DNA of 64,000 nt from Sphagnum compactum (Eukaryota): assembly GCA_965153455.1 (NCBI GenBank), contig OZ234493.1, forward strand, positions 186,001-250,000, written 5' to 3'. This document shows positions 24,945 to 38,720 of this stretch, one piece after another; positions within the stretch are counted from its first letter, which is position 1; the number at the start of each line of letters is the position of its first letter. The position numbers were made by a program, and so were the translations under genes. Under the pieces are notes generated by a model. That model did not search any database and had not been told where the DNA came from. It saw only the letters and a program-made list of their open reading frames with translations.

Positions 24945-27900
24945 TGTTGAAAAATATGTTACACGTCTTACTATAGATCGTATTTTCATCTTTATGTAAT
25001 TTGAAGAATTACATGTAACATAATATATTATTAGATGCGCTTATGTCATAAACGATGATATCAATATATTTTTGAATCAAAATTTCACAAGATTGTTTAG
25101 TAGTGCCAGTTACAAACTTGAATCATGTTAAGTCTCTATAAATTACATGGCCATAATTGTCAACATGATAGTGATCAAATAGATTAGCTAAATGTAGCAA
25201 TATTCAAATATGCATATAAATGTTTTATCTCTCTATACAAATTTTTGTATCAAATCATAAAATAAGATTTGCACTATTATAAAAAAATTACATGGTATCA
25301 AGCTATTCATTTCTCTTGGACATAGTCAACTAAAAAGATCAAAATAACTTTTTAAAGTTGAATTGTGTGGTATTGTAACTACAATGTAAATGAGTATTGT
25401 GATCTTTCTAGATAAAGGAATCGAGATGATCATGTTCAAAACCTTTTCCAGGGAAAAAGTGAAAGTGACATAAGGTTTGAAAAATCTATTTCTAAAAGAG
25501 GATTTTCAAGACATATTGAGTACGTTAGAATGGCTAACATTAACAATATTTTTATCATAAAGAACAACAAATTGGTTAGAGTTGGAAATTCAAATTTAAA
25601 AACATCTTCATGCGTGACAAGTTGTGGCATTTTGTGTCACCAAACTTAATCAAGCAGTTAGAGCTCTAATGGGTGATGTAGTTACAATTCAGTAAAAGAT
25701 GCAAACACTATTTATCATCAATTTTTTTGTAAAAGATGATGTGATTCCTTATATTGTAGATGTAAATAAATTGGAAGAATGTTGGATTTAGTTGAATAAC
25801 CTTTACAAGTCCAACAACACAACTAGAAGATCTTAGATTGATGTTGAAAAGCCATTTTTACAATATAAAGATGGAAAAAGGTAGTAGCATGAAAGAGTTT
25901 TTGCTTGAAATGAAAAATTTATTGATACAAATTGGAAGTATTGGTGATTTGATAAACAACAAAGATGTTGTTTTAATTGTATTAAACACATTGCCATCCA
26001 AATTTGAAAGTTTTGTGTAAGGCATTATTTTGCAAGATGAAAGGCCATCATTTTTATAAAAAATTAGGCAAATTGTTGCAAGAAAATCATTGACCAACTT
26101 TTTGTGGAGAAAAATGCCAAGAAGACAAAGCTCTAATGTTGAAATTTCAACATATTTCAACCAACAACAAAGGAACAATGAAAACATCTAAAAGACTCGA
26201 CAATTGCCACAATTATGAAAAATTAAGACATTGGGCTCAAAATTGTAAGAAACGTGCAAGTCTTAAAAATGACAAAATTGTAACAAAAGAAAACGACAAT
26301 TTGAATAACAACATGAAGAACATGCTAAAGGACAAGGAGAGTCATATTGTCAACGTTTTCTTTGATGACAAAGATAAGGGTCCAAAAGAGGAGGAAAGTT
26401 ATGAAGATACAATAGATTTGTTTAAAACCATAGTTGCTTCCACAAAGGTAGAACAAACAAAAAAGACTATTTGGTACATTGGTTTAGGAGCAAAACAAGC
26501 ATGTAACAAACAACAAAAAATCTTTGAAGAAATTCAATACATATGTAAGAACCTCCTTTGTTAAGTCAATTGTGAGCAGTCCCATGTTGTTCATGGAAAA
26601 AGGATTGTTGATCTAACAACATCCACAAGGGAAATAAAGACTATATTTAATGTTCTTTATGTCCCGAGTACGAAGAAAAGCTTGTTGTTTGTTGGATTGA
26701 TAATCAACAAAGGTTGTACATTGTAATTTTTTATGTTAAACAATGTGTTGTGTTGAACCCCAAAAAACCAAATTCCATAATAGTTCATGGAAATCGAGAT
26801 GTTAGAAACGGTCTTTATAAGCTAGAAGTTTGTTTTGCATATTCATATAGAAATGAAAACAAAGTTGTGAAAGAAATATGATTATGGCAAAGAAAGATGG
26901 GGCATGTCAACTTTAAATCACTATATAATCTAAGCAAAGATGAAGTAATAATTAGAATTCCAACATTTCCTCTTTAAAGGAAACTTGTGAAAGGTGCATG
27001 GAAGGAAAGTAGAGTAGGGAGAAGTTTCCACAAAAGACACCTCATCGAATAGAATCTATTCTTGAACTAGTTCACTTAGATTTTTGTGGACCATTGTCTA
27101 TTCCATTAGTATATCTCGATCAATATATTTTATAGTTTTTACTAATGATCACAATGTACAAACTTGGATCTATTTCACAAAGGCAAATTCAGAAGCATTC
27201 AACATGTTTAAAAAGTTTAAACAAGAAGTAGAATTGGAATCTAGGAAGCTAATCAAGATGCTCAAAATAATTATGGAGAAAACTGAAAATACATTACCAA
27301 AAAGTAGTGCACCAAAGTCTTTGTGGAACGAGATAATGAACATTACCAACTACCTTGTGAATAGACTTCCAACCGTAGCAAATCAAGGGATGAACCCTAT
27401 GCGAATATTTACTAATATAAAACTATATGCACGTCTTTTTCCGTATTTCTGGTTATGAAATTCACATACATGTACCCCAAGAAAACATAAACAAATTAGA
27501 AGCAAAGTCCATCAAATGTGGTTTGGTTGGTTATGATGAGCAAACCAAAGCATACAAATTGTTTAATCTAATGACTAGAAAGGTATAGTTGAGTAGAAAT
27601 GTGCGTTTTCAACGAAAAGAAAAATATTTTAACAAAGATGAAAAAAAGATTGTGGAACTTGTCCAAGTAGGATAACGAGGTTGATTAGAGGAATGGCACG
27701 TCATCTAAGGATGAGGAATGCTAGAAAGGGAGTAGAGAGTGGAGATTTCAGGATGTCCCATTGAGATATTCTAATGATGGTGCAAGAAAAAATTTCATTT
27801 GAAAAAAATAAAGGTACAATCATTTCAACAGTGGTCACAATAGCACTAGTAATGGATGAAAAGTGTTGAACACTCATAAAATATCAATCACGATGATGAT

Positions 27901-28488
27901 AATGTACTTATGTTACAAAGATAAAGCCCAATAGTAAAAACTAAAAAGTCTATTAGAGCAACCAAGTTTCTAGCACATTATAATAACTTTGTAGTATAAT
28001 GACATATGTTATGAACCTGCTAATTTTTTAAAAGTTACTTCATGAAGATATATATTTTCTTTGGAGAACAATAATTGAATAAGAGAATTGAAATTTTAAA
28101 TTTGTATTACTTTCATGAGGGAAAATTGATAATAAAAATACTCACATTATATGTTGACGATTTGTTGATCATAGGAAACCATGTCAAGAAAATTGGATGG
28201 TTAAAGAAATAATTAGAAAGTTGTGTTGATGCTAGATTTAAGTTAGCTTGGGAAATACCTAGCAGTAGAATATGCATTTATAGTAACAAGTATTTCAATG
28301 TCATAGAAAACATACATAGAAAATATGTTGAGATTGTTCAAAGTAAATACATGTAAGCCCTCAAAAACACCAATGGTTAATGGAACTAAACTCACAATTG
28401 ACATGGGCGAAAGTAGGGTTGATCCAACATTGTATAAGTAGATGGTGAGGAAACATATTTATTAATCATTACTAAACTATTGCATTCG

Positions 28489-28562
<74 letters not shown>

Positions 28563-29579
28563 AAACCATAGGTGTTTCATTGGAACACAATAAAACATAT
28601 ATTTAGATACCTTAAAGGGAGGAATAAGTAAGGTATGTTCTATTGGAGTGGAGAAAACAATGCACTACAAGGATTTGTAGATGCAAATTGGGCTTGCAAT
28701 CAAGAATCAAAATGGTCTATTAGTGGCTACATGTTTCAAATCAGGCTCAACAACAATATCATGGAGGAACAAACGACAATCCATGGTGGCATTGTCCTCC
28801 ACTGAAGTGAAGTATAGAGCTTTACTGGAAGGGAATAAAAAGATTGTATGGCTAAGGAACTTAAGAGGAAAACTTGATCTTTTGCTTAAACTCCAACCAT
28901 AATATTTTGTGACAATATGAACAATATGAAGATTGCGAGGAAATGGTGTTTCATGCAAGTAGTAAAAACATTGAATGCCATTATCACTTTGTTTGTGAAA
29001 AAGTATTATTGAGAAAAGTTGAAATGGTTCATGTGCCAACTAGTGACCAGCTAATTAACATCTTCATTAAAGTTGTGGGCAAAAACATGTTTGAAGAAAT
29101 GAAGTTCAAACTAGGAATGGTAAGCACAATAAATTAACATTTCGACTAGTTATTTAGTAGACTTCACATTTGAAATTTTTCAATACAAATTAAATCTCAA
29201 AACCATAGAACAATATGTAAAAGGGAGTGTTGAAAAATATGTTACACATCTTGCTATTGATCATATTTTTTATCTTTATGTAACTAGAAAAATTACATGT
29301 AACATAATATATTATAAGATGTGCTTACGTCATAAAAGATGATGTAAATACATTGCTGCAAAGAAATTTCATGAAATAACTATTTGAGAATGTCAATTAC
29401 AAACTTGAATCATGTTAAGTCCTTGTAAATTATATTGTTATGATAGTTAGCATGACAATGATAAAATAAATAAGTTAAATGTGGCAATATTTGAGTATGT
29501 GTATAAATGTCATGCTCTTCTATACAATTTTTTTATTAGATTATAAAACAAAAATCTACACAATTTTAAAAATTTTACA
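24945..29579 (+). mobile_element. Degenerate Ty1/Copia LTR retrotransposon with both LTRs
   Basis: LTRs 24945-25292 and 29228-29579 (TGTTG...TACA); PBS TGGTATCAAGC at 25293; PPT aaaagggag before the 3' LTR. Fragments in Copia order: gag (KMEKGSSMKEFLLEMK), decayed zinc knuckle, protease (WYIGLGA), integrase (LELVHLDFCGP), RT YVDD at 28150-28161, RNase H (SWRNKRQSMVALSSTE, KNIECHYHFV). Many stops and frameshifts. Confidence 0.93.
28492..28560. repeat. (TA)n microsatellite, ~34 units, inside the Copia RT region
   Basis: Read directly from sequence. Confidence 0.95.
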
Positions 29580-30339
29580 TCTCTACCCTAAAAGACAAAG
29601 CCAATAAACCACACCATTTGGTTTAACTCCATATTTTAAAATGTTCCCCCACTCATGAAGGTTAACCCAATGTAAAACTCAAGGTGAATCACGAAAGACA
29701 TTCATCATCAAAGTGAACCAACATCTACCAATGCTCCATGAGGAAGGATGATGGATGGTAATTAAATGGGAAACTTTTTTTCATTGGGTTCTTATCCAAT
29801 GGCTGATCATAAATGTAAGTAACATGGTTCCTATTTTTTTCAATTTTATTTATATTTTACTTGTTTTTTTTTGTTATGCAATGAAATAAAGTAGTTGACC
29901 AAGGTCTTTAGTCTTTATATTAAGGGTGGAAGATCTTCTTAAGTTAGCTAACACCATGAGCACCCTAGTAACTAGTTAGTTATTAGTGGTAGATTTACTT
30001 ACCATTTTTTATTTACTTAAGGGATGAAGTTAATGGGGTGGTTAGTTTTTGAGGATAAGGATTGGTATTTGTTAACAAATCAACTAATGGGATGTGTGCA
30101 AGAGATTAGGATAACGAGAGGAAAATAAGAAAACCCACATGTGTGGTGTGCAACCTTCTTTAGTTCCTTATTTATCCTTTGAGGAGGAAGAAGGGGGATA
30201 ATTCTTTAAGGTAGCATGGTAGGAGGAGAGGTTGAGAGAGTTGGTAGGAAAACCATGTTGTACTTGATTTTGTGTAATGGAAAATGGTTGAAGGTTGTGT
30301 TAAATCAAGTGCATTATTTCTTCTTGTTTGTATTGATTT

Positions 30340-30855
30340 TTAGGAAGGTAAGTAGTTCCTTTTAAATTGATGTAGAATATTAATTTTTAAATTTTATTCT
30401 TCTTTTCTTTTGCAATGAAATTATTCTTTGTACTTGTTACTTGAATACGAAGGTAGGGCTATTATAAGAGGGTAGCTACCACTAGACAACAGTAGCATGA
30501 AAGTTGCCATTGGATTTAAGGGCTCTAAAAGGTAGGTTAATGTTGTAAATGGTGGCAGCAACTATATAAGAAGTCTATGGGTATCGCAAATGTTAAGAAT
30601 TAACTACAAAAGGTTTACAAGCGCTCTGGTTCTTCTTTCAAGTCCACAAATGACAATAGGTGCACCATGATGGTAACTACTAAAGGATGGTAGTTGTTGC
30701 AAGATAGTAGCTACTACAAGACAATAACTATTATAGGACGACGAGCAAATGAAAAATAGGTCTCATTTTCATGTCTTTCCATTTATCTTGTTATTTCTTT
30801 TCTACTTGATAGCCCTTTCCTTGATGGTAATTAGGTTGTCGAATCTTGTGGTTTT
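30340..30855 (-). repeat. Dispersed repeat copy B (inverted homolog of 16285-16810)
   Basis: Reverse-complement similarity to 16285-16810 across several colinear blocks. Confidence 0.75.
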
Positions 30856-32407
30856 ACATTTTACCTAACTACTAACCACCTTCTTGGCCTTTACCTACCA
30901 ACTACTAATCCATTCACCCTAATGTACATATTGACCATCTACATGTTTCTTATATATATATATATAACCAATTCCTATATGGTTCCACCTACACATGTAA
31001 GTTATTTCACATGCTACCACTCTAAATATGTGGGTTTGCATTTAAAAGTGCAAAATATGCAAAAAGTGGAAAACACAAGCAAAAAGTGGCACATGTATAC
31101 CAAAAACAGACAGCATTCCGCTTAAGAAGGGAGTGCACACATTATCCTGAAACTCAGTATAGGGTTTAGGGTCTCGCCTGGTTTTCATATCTCCTATCAA
31201 AGTTTGATAGATCTTTTGTCTTCAATAGTCTCAAGAAATTTGCCCAAGCACAACAAGAATAAGACCCTCCCGCAATTCAGCTGAAAGTGTAGGTAGTAGA
31301 GGTAGGCAGTAGATCTACTACCTACATCTACTACCCACCCTTATCACCAAAGCCTTGGTATGTTGAACAGGGCAAACAAGCAGCATGTTGAACACAGCAA
31401 AGGCTTGTTTCCAAATGAGATTCTGTTGCTGGATCTGAAATCTCTATCTCAATTCTATTCGGGTTCTCACTTGAATAGCAAATATATCAAAGTGAGGAGG
31501 TACAACATCTTTCAGAAAATACTAGTCAATAGAAACTGCTTTCTAAAATCAATACTAGACTTGGACTGAAGCTTACAAGATTAGGGAATTCAAATACAAT
31601 CTATTACAGCACAGCCCGGCCCAGATACAGCGAAACAGAGAGAATGCCACACACACACACACACACACACACACAGGGCAGGAACAGGGAAGAGATGGTG
31701 TCACATGTGCAGCATTTCTTGTTCGTTGTCCTGTTCTTAGTTTGTACAGCAATGTTGTTTGTAAGGGAGCTTACACTGTAGTCTCTTCTCAGAAATCCTG
31801 TACTGGTCGAGAAAGGCATCTCAGGAGTGGCTAGGTGAGTCTGCCCTGAGAGAACCCCCTGAAGGATCCTGAATTCTTTGAACACATCCAGCAACTGGGT
31901 GTGAACATTTCTTTTCTCCTTCAGGCCAGGTAGGAGATGCTTCTGGTCACAAAGTCACTAAACATTAGTGCACAAATGACAAATCATACAACATCCCTCC
32001 TTCCCATCAGAAGGCCCCATGACTTTGTAAACAGGACAAACTTGGGGTAAACAGGACAAACTCAGGTTTCAAGTCAACTTTGAGTGTATATCAGCTGCAG
32101 TGAAATATCTGCATGCACATAACTTTTAGTGTAGGCAAGCTAGTCTTACATCCAGTAGCAGTTCAGAAAATGTCCAGTCAGTATAAAACAAATGCAAAAT
32201 CTGTGAAGGCAGAATTCTGATCCAGTAGTGCACAGCAGAACAAAAGTGTATTGCTGATGGTGTTCAGCAAAGCCAAACAATTCAACATGGAGTTTCTTCA
32301 CATCCAAGAATTCAACTTAACCAACATAGAGAAGAAGGGTTACTATAGAGTAAGTAATTATCAGCATGCTGTTTATTAGGCCATGCAGCGTTCCACCATC
32401 ATATAGA

Positions 32408-35173
32408 TTACACACGAAGCCATACACTGGAAGAGTGGGATAGCTTCACAGCCCCTTCTGAACTGTAAGCTTTCCTACAACCAGGACAGCGCCCATCATC
32501 AGACGCAATCCTATGATAGCAGAAAAGACACAGCTGAAATCCACAGTTGCAAGGGATATATGATGAGTCTGTCATATCTAGCTCTTCAGTGCAGATAGGA
32601 CAGTAGGAAGGACTAGAAGGAGGGCCCCACACATTCCCATGTATAGAGCCCCACCCATGATTAGTCTGTCTGTTTTGCTGGCTAGGGTGAGTGTGCTGTC
32701 TTGCCAGCCTTGGTAACACAGGTGGCCGTGAGATGTCATCTGGTCTCCAAGCCCTGCCACTGTTTCCTCTTCTGCCCCCAAATCCATTGTTCTTATACCT
32801 GTACTCTGGTTTGAGCTGAGCACTCTGCAGATCCAGATGATGAACCCCATTTGGCTTCCTCTCATGTGATTCCTTCAATTCACTGCGCTGAATTCGATCT
32901 GAACTGGGTCCTTTATGATGACCCTCTACACCCTGTATGTGCAATGCATCAAAGGCTGCTTCCCAGTCATCCTCTGCATCGTGTGTATCTTCATTGTCAT
33001 CAGACCCACTTCCTGTGTAGCTGCTACTTGTGCAACTGCTATTAGACCTTGATTTGCTCTCATCACAACACCATCCATCAACTGAACTTTGTTTCTGTTC
33101 ATTTCCTCCATGCAATTCCCCACTTTCAAAGTACATGGGACAACTTTCACCATGTTCTGACCTGGAAACCTCTTTCTTTGTGTGCTTGCGTTCACCATCA
33201 GAGTCATTGACCACTGATTGGGATTTTGTTGGAGGTGAACTTGCAGGTATGTGATCATTGGTAGTCACACCGGATCCAAATGCCTGACTGCGACTCTGGC
33301 CTGAAGTCCCAATGCTCTCCTGCCCTGCACAATCTACCTCACCTGGCTCATGGTGATGCTGTGGCTCTGCCCTCCCTTGCTTACCTACACATGGGCCCCA
33401 TCAAACTGCTTAATGCACCCTTTTAATGTAGTAGTGTTGGCAGGCAGATGTGTGTGGGCTAGACTGCTAAGTGGAACTTAAGCTCAAAGACCCTGCCTAC
33501 CTCTAAACAGCAATGATAAAGTGAGACCAAGTACTGTTCAGCTGCAGCATGAGGGTACCCTGAGCAGAATGAAGCCCAATGACCTTTTCAATTCCTACTC
33601 CCCTGTAATCTGAACACAAATGAAAGTTTTGAACCCAATGTGAACCCCCTTAGGTCTGCTGGAAAATGCAAGTAGGATCATTGCCCTTCTGGATGTAGAT
33701 ATGCCAGCCCTTCTAGAGAAAACCCATGCTAGCTAGCCAGAGCACACATCAAGGTCAAATTACTCATATACCTATCGCTACAAGTAGGTCAGATGTGGGG
33801 ATGGGTGGGTGGTGGGGGGGGGGGGGTGATGAGTGGTGGGAGCTGGGATGTGGCGACCAACCTAACAAGAGGATTTTTCTGGCCAGAAGAATGTTATTCC
33901 CTAAGACTGTCAGCCCTCACAAACAAAGGCTAGCCCAAATTACGGTTGCATTTGATTCCATATGTACACCACCATCAGTTATACCCCACAACCTCAACAT
34001 CATCTTCCAACCCAACTTTGCCCATGAAATCCAGAAAAAACTCTTCTAAACCTAAGACATGCAGAAATGTGTTCAGGAACAAAACAGAAGTGGCTGCTGC
34101 ATTTCAAATGGCATAAGTACATTGAGCCCCATAACTGCAAGAAATGAGAACTGAATTGATCTGATCTCCACAGAACTCATCAGTTGCAATGCATGCAGGA
34201 CAGATTGATTTTTCTATGACCTTTGGAATTCTGTAGATCTGGCTCCAATCAACATGTGAAGGATCATCATATGAGTGCACAGGAGGGACTCACCTTGAGA
34301 ACGTTGAGAAAGCCACTGCTCTCGTCGAACATCCAGCTTGCACTGCTTCAACTTTGCAGTCCTGTTCACCTGTATCTCACAATCGGATACAGTAAAGAAC
34401 AGGTTTCTTCCATAGGAATGTGATTTACAATGGAGACAGTGACCTTCACATGGCAGACAGAGAAAGCCCTGGGACAGAACCACCTCCTCTAAGTTCTCTA
34501 ACTGTCAGAGTGGTAATTATTCAACGTGGCAGGGAGTGAGGCATGGCCATGAAACCCTCCTTCCTTGGCAGCTTTTGAGTGTCTTCTTCCTAAAGGCTGA
34601 AAAAGAAGAAGAGAGATCTGCAGTCGACTTGCAACCCAGACTCCACAAGACTCAAGGGAAGATGAATGAATCGTCAGGATCCATCTCGAGAGCTAATGAA
34701 GAAGAGAAAACAGAGGAATCTAGAGAACAACAATGACAAGCTATCCCATGCCTGGCCCCGGGATCCACAACAAAAGTGGATCCAAACCCTCGATGCGAAA
34801 CCCTCCCCCCTTCTTCCCCGCACACACGGCCCTCCCCCGCTGTCATGTCCATATCACATGGCCTGGCCAACAAACAAACAGACCGGGAAAGAAACGGCAT
34901 CCCTATCACCCTTAAAAGAGCAACGAGAACTCTCACCTTCTTCCGCCGGCAGACGTCTTTAGCGCTCATGAATTCCCCCATGAATCGAGTATGTTCGCGC
35001 TGCTGCTGCTCTCGGCTCCCAGAATGCAACCGAACCAAATCCTCCTCCAACTGCTGCTGCTGCTGCTGCGCGTGAAACCCGCTCTGGCTTCCACCACCTC
35101 GACGCCGGATAGCATGCGCATCCACGGTAGAGACAGTGTTGGAAGCAGCCATGCTAACACATTCCACCACCAT
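32408..35173 (-). CDS. NOT4-like C4C4 RING finger protein (putative E3 ubiquitin ligase, plant family with C-terminal RING), ~429 aa
   Basis: Exons 35173-34937, 34369-34294, 33384-32408 (1290 nt in frame, GT-AG). Family motifs AKLKQCKLDVRREQWLSQ, DDWEAAFDAL, RAWRPDDISRP; RING CPICTEELD..D....PCNCGFQLCLFCY..I...DGRCPGCRKAY. Start could also be the ATG at 35152. Confidence 0.9.
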
Positions 35174-36144
35174 ACCCTTCCCTCTGTCTCTTGTCTCTCT
35201 GTCTGTCTATCTTTGTCTCTGTATATCTGTGTCTCTCTGACTCTGTGTCTCTCTTCCTCCTCCCTCTTCTCTTTGTGCCACGCGCTTCTTCAAGTACCAA
35301 ATCCGATTCCCAAAAAACTCGCAAAACATGCACACACAAAAGAGCCTTGTTGTTGTGCAACACTACTTTCTAACACGGCAAACTTGTGATCTACAAAAGC
35401 GATAGAGGATAGAAGTGATCCTCACCGGAAAACAAACCAAACAAACCAACGAACGAACGCAAAATGCAAAGCGCAGAAAGCGCGCACGCGCAAGCTCCCT
35501 CGCCCAATCCGAACCTTCCAAATGCAGCCGCGAACCTCGTTCCGAGCCTACTTCCAAACCTAGAAAACTAGCACGGTCCCTGGATTGGTATTTGCCGAAC
35601 CTACCTATTGGTGCTGCACCAAGTTCTAAGGTACCTATGTTTTCTAGGTTTGGTTTGGCCTCTGACCAGGTTTGTTGGCCATTATTATTATTATTATTAT
35701 TATTTTAAAAAAGATTCTTAAAACTGTCGACCCGCCGGTTATTACTCGTGGGTTACTTACTTACCCAGCGGGTATCTATCTATCTATCTACTACTTATCT
35801 ACTTATTTATCTACCTACCTATGTAAGATAGGGATGACGAAAAGTCTACATAAGGATTATATAGGGCCTACTTAGTTTAGGAGATACCTAGGGATTATTT
35901 AGGACCTTACATAAGGGGGTTTTTTTTTTAATAGGGTCATAAAAATATATATATTTTCTAGGTTAAAGGATACCTAGGGGTTATTTAAGAGGGCTTCGAC
36001 CCTAAGTAACAATTGAGAAAGTACTTAAGGACTACATTAAAGAAACGCCTAAGAGCCTACCTAGATTATGAGCCTATCTAAATAAGGGTTATTAAAAGTC
36101 TACATAGATGGGTTACATAGGGGGGGGCTATGTAAGGACCTACC

Positions 36145-36630
36145 TAAATTAGGGGGATACTTAAGGACTAGTTCAAAGGGCTACTTAATGATTAACCCTA
36201 AATTAGGGGGATACTTAAGGACTAGTTAAAAGGGCTACTTAATTATTAACCCTTAATTAGGGGATACTTAAGGACTAGTTAAAAGGGCTACTTAATTATT
36301 AACCTTAAATTAGGGGATATATAAGGACTAGTTAAAAGGGCTACTTAATGATTAACCCTAAATTAACCCTAAATTAGGGGGATACTTAAGGACTAGTTAA
36401 AAGGGCTACTTAATGATTAACCCTAAATTAACCCTAAATTAGGGGTATACTTAAGGACTAGTTAAAAGGGCTACTTAATGATTAACCCTAAATTAGGGGG
36501 AATACTTAAGGACTAGTTAAAAGGGCTACTTAATAATTACCTTAAATTAGGGGGATACTTAAGGACTAGTTAAAAGAGCTACTTAATGATTAACCCTTTT
36601 AGCTAGTCCTTAAGTATCCCCCTAATTTAG
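36145..36630. repeat. 54-bp tandem satellite, 8 copies plus one terminal inverted partial copy
   Basis: Unit taaattagggggatacttaaggactagttaaaagggctacttaatgattaaccc; two junctions carry an extra taaattaaccc; 36594-36630 is the reverse complement of the first ~37 nt of the unit. Confidence 0.95.
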
Positions 36631-38720
36631 GACTAGTTAAGGGATTTGCATTTAAGAACTATGAATCAACTTGAGATATGATCCTAAAAATTTAGGCCAA
36701 AGTTTTAGTGTCCCTACTTTCTAAGGACATGTGGAGTCTAGTATATAAACATTTATAGCATAATTTAAGGATCCATAATTAAGGGCCTCACCATGTTAAT
36801 CACCATTTGTTTCCAATTTTATCATGTTGAATATTTATGGTCCTTATGGATGTCATTGAAAGGGTTGTTGCCATTATGAGACAAATCATTCTTTAAATTT
36901 CAAATTATTGGAAAACAAAAGTCGAAAGAAATTGGTTAGTTTTATAAATACTTAAGCATGTGAAGTTTGCATTGTGTTATGTATTTGTAATAGTAACCCA
37001 ATTGTTCAGATGGGAGTTTTCAATTCTAAACAACTTTGGCAAATGTCAAGTGAATAACATCAAAGCTTTTGATATTCATGCGATCCACATCCTTTAATGC
37101 CAAAGATATGTCCAAAAAATACATCATTCACTCTTGATGAACCATCCACTGCAACCTTTCTCTTTTCAACAATATTATTATAGCCTTCTACCTCCACAAT
37201 TCTTTGGAACGTTCATTCATAAGTTTCTTTTCTCTCTCTCTACTAAGCATGGTTACTCTCAAACAAACATTCAAAAAACGTGGAAGAAACCTTCCTGGTT
37301 TTCAAAAGGGGGAAAAAAGAGACCAAAAATGAATGATACTTACCAGTCAGGGTTGGTTCACAACCCAAACCATTTGCTGAATATGTTCTCGGGTCCTCCA
37401 TTGTCATCACCAGATGGGTTGGAACCATTGTGTGAAATCCTTTTTTCTCCATTGCTTTTGAGCACGGCTCAGCTCAGTCGAGTCGCACAGTGCACCTTCA
37501 CATAAAAACACTCAGGGTAGTATTCAGGCAAGAAAAAAGCCTCGCAGTTTGATGCACCTATTCCACCACATCATCAAGCATGCAAGATGAGTCGCCCTCC
37601 AAAATCTGCCAAAATTATGGAATGGAAATTTGTTCAGTAAAGTAAAAAGATTTCAAGTCATCTCAAAACATCCACTCACTCTCTTTCCCCCAAGAGCTCT
37701 GGAACTGGCCTCTGTGACTTTCAATGGTGGCAGCCAGCAAGGTCCTGTAAGGCACAGAAAATGGAAATCTTCTTGCGACGTATCAAGGGAAGAGAGAAAC
37801 AATGCAATTCAAACAAAGAACAAGAGAATAAGAATGGAAGGTTAGTGGATGAAGTTTTTTGCAGCTCGCAACATACACGAGTGCACAGCAAGAGCATTTC
37901 ATTCACCATGCCATGACAACATTGAAAACCCTCAGAAAATGATGTAGATTGTTAGGTCTGTAATCCCCAAAGCTTTTCCAAGAAAACCCAAGAAAAAAAT
38001 CCTCGTCTAAAGCAATCAAGCATGCTGCTGCATTAAGAAGGACAAAGTGTTGACACACTATAGTTTGTGACTCTTGGTGAGATGCAACTTTGATACAAGA
38101 AAGCAAACATGTAGTTAGTGAGAAAACTATGTGCATACAAGTCTGTAGGACTCTAGTCAAAACTGTGCCACAAGTCTCCTGTGATAAGGAATAACAGTCT
38201 AGGTCAGGGTTTTACAGCAGTCATGGACTGATTTCCTTAAGTGAAAGTACACAAGAGGCATGGTGAGAACTTTGCATGTCCAGGCAAGTCAACAAACGCG
38301 ACAAACTGTATACAAAAGTCACTTCCTGAAACAGGTAAAGCTCAAGATTATGGCAAGAGGTGATCTGACTTAATTCATCAAGGAACATAAGAGAATGGGA
38401 AACGGTTGCTGTAAATTCCTTGCCAGACTTCTCACTCTGTGCCCATTGTGATGAGAAAGTAGGAAGTTAGGTCTGCCTGCTTGAACAACCCACTTGTATG
38501 GCCCTTTCTCACTGATGGTGGCAAACCTAACAATGGGAAATCAGCCTGCTCAAAAAGTGTCACACCTGACACTTTGGCAGTCACAGGACTTTGACAATCT
38601 CTGTTGATGAGAGATTTTTGTGATTCATCAGTCACCTCTGCTTTTTGTGAGGCTGTGGTAATGCTAGGAATTGTTGTTTGGACTTTCAGCACCCAAAGCT
38701 CAAGTGACTGCTGCCAGATG

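Noticed and set aside
36145..36630. CRISPR-like appearance of the 54-bp array
   Set aside because: Units are contiguous with no unique spacers, no cas genes, eukaryotic context.
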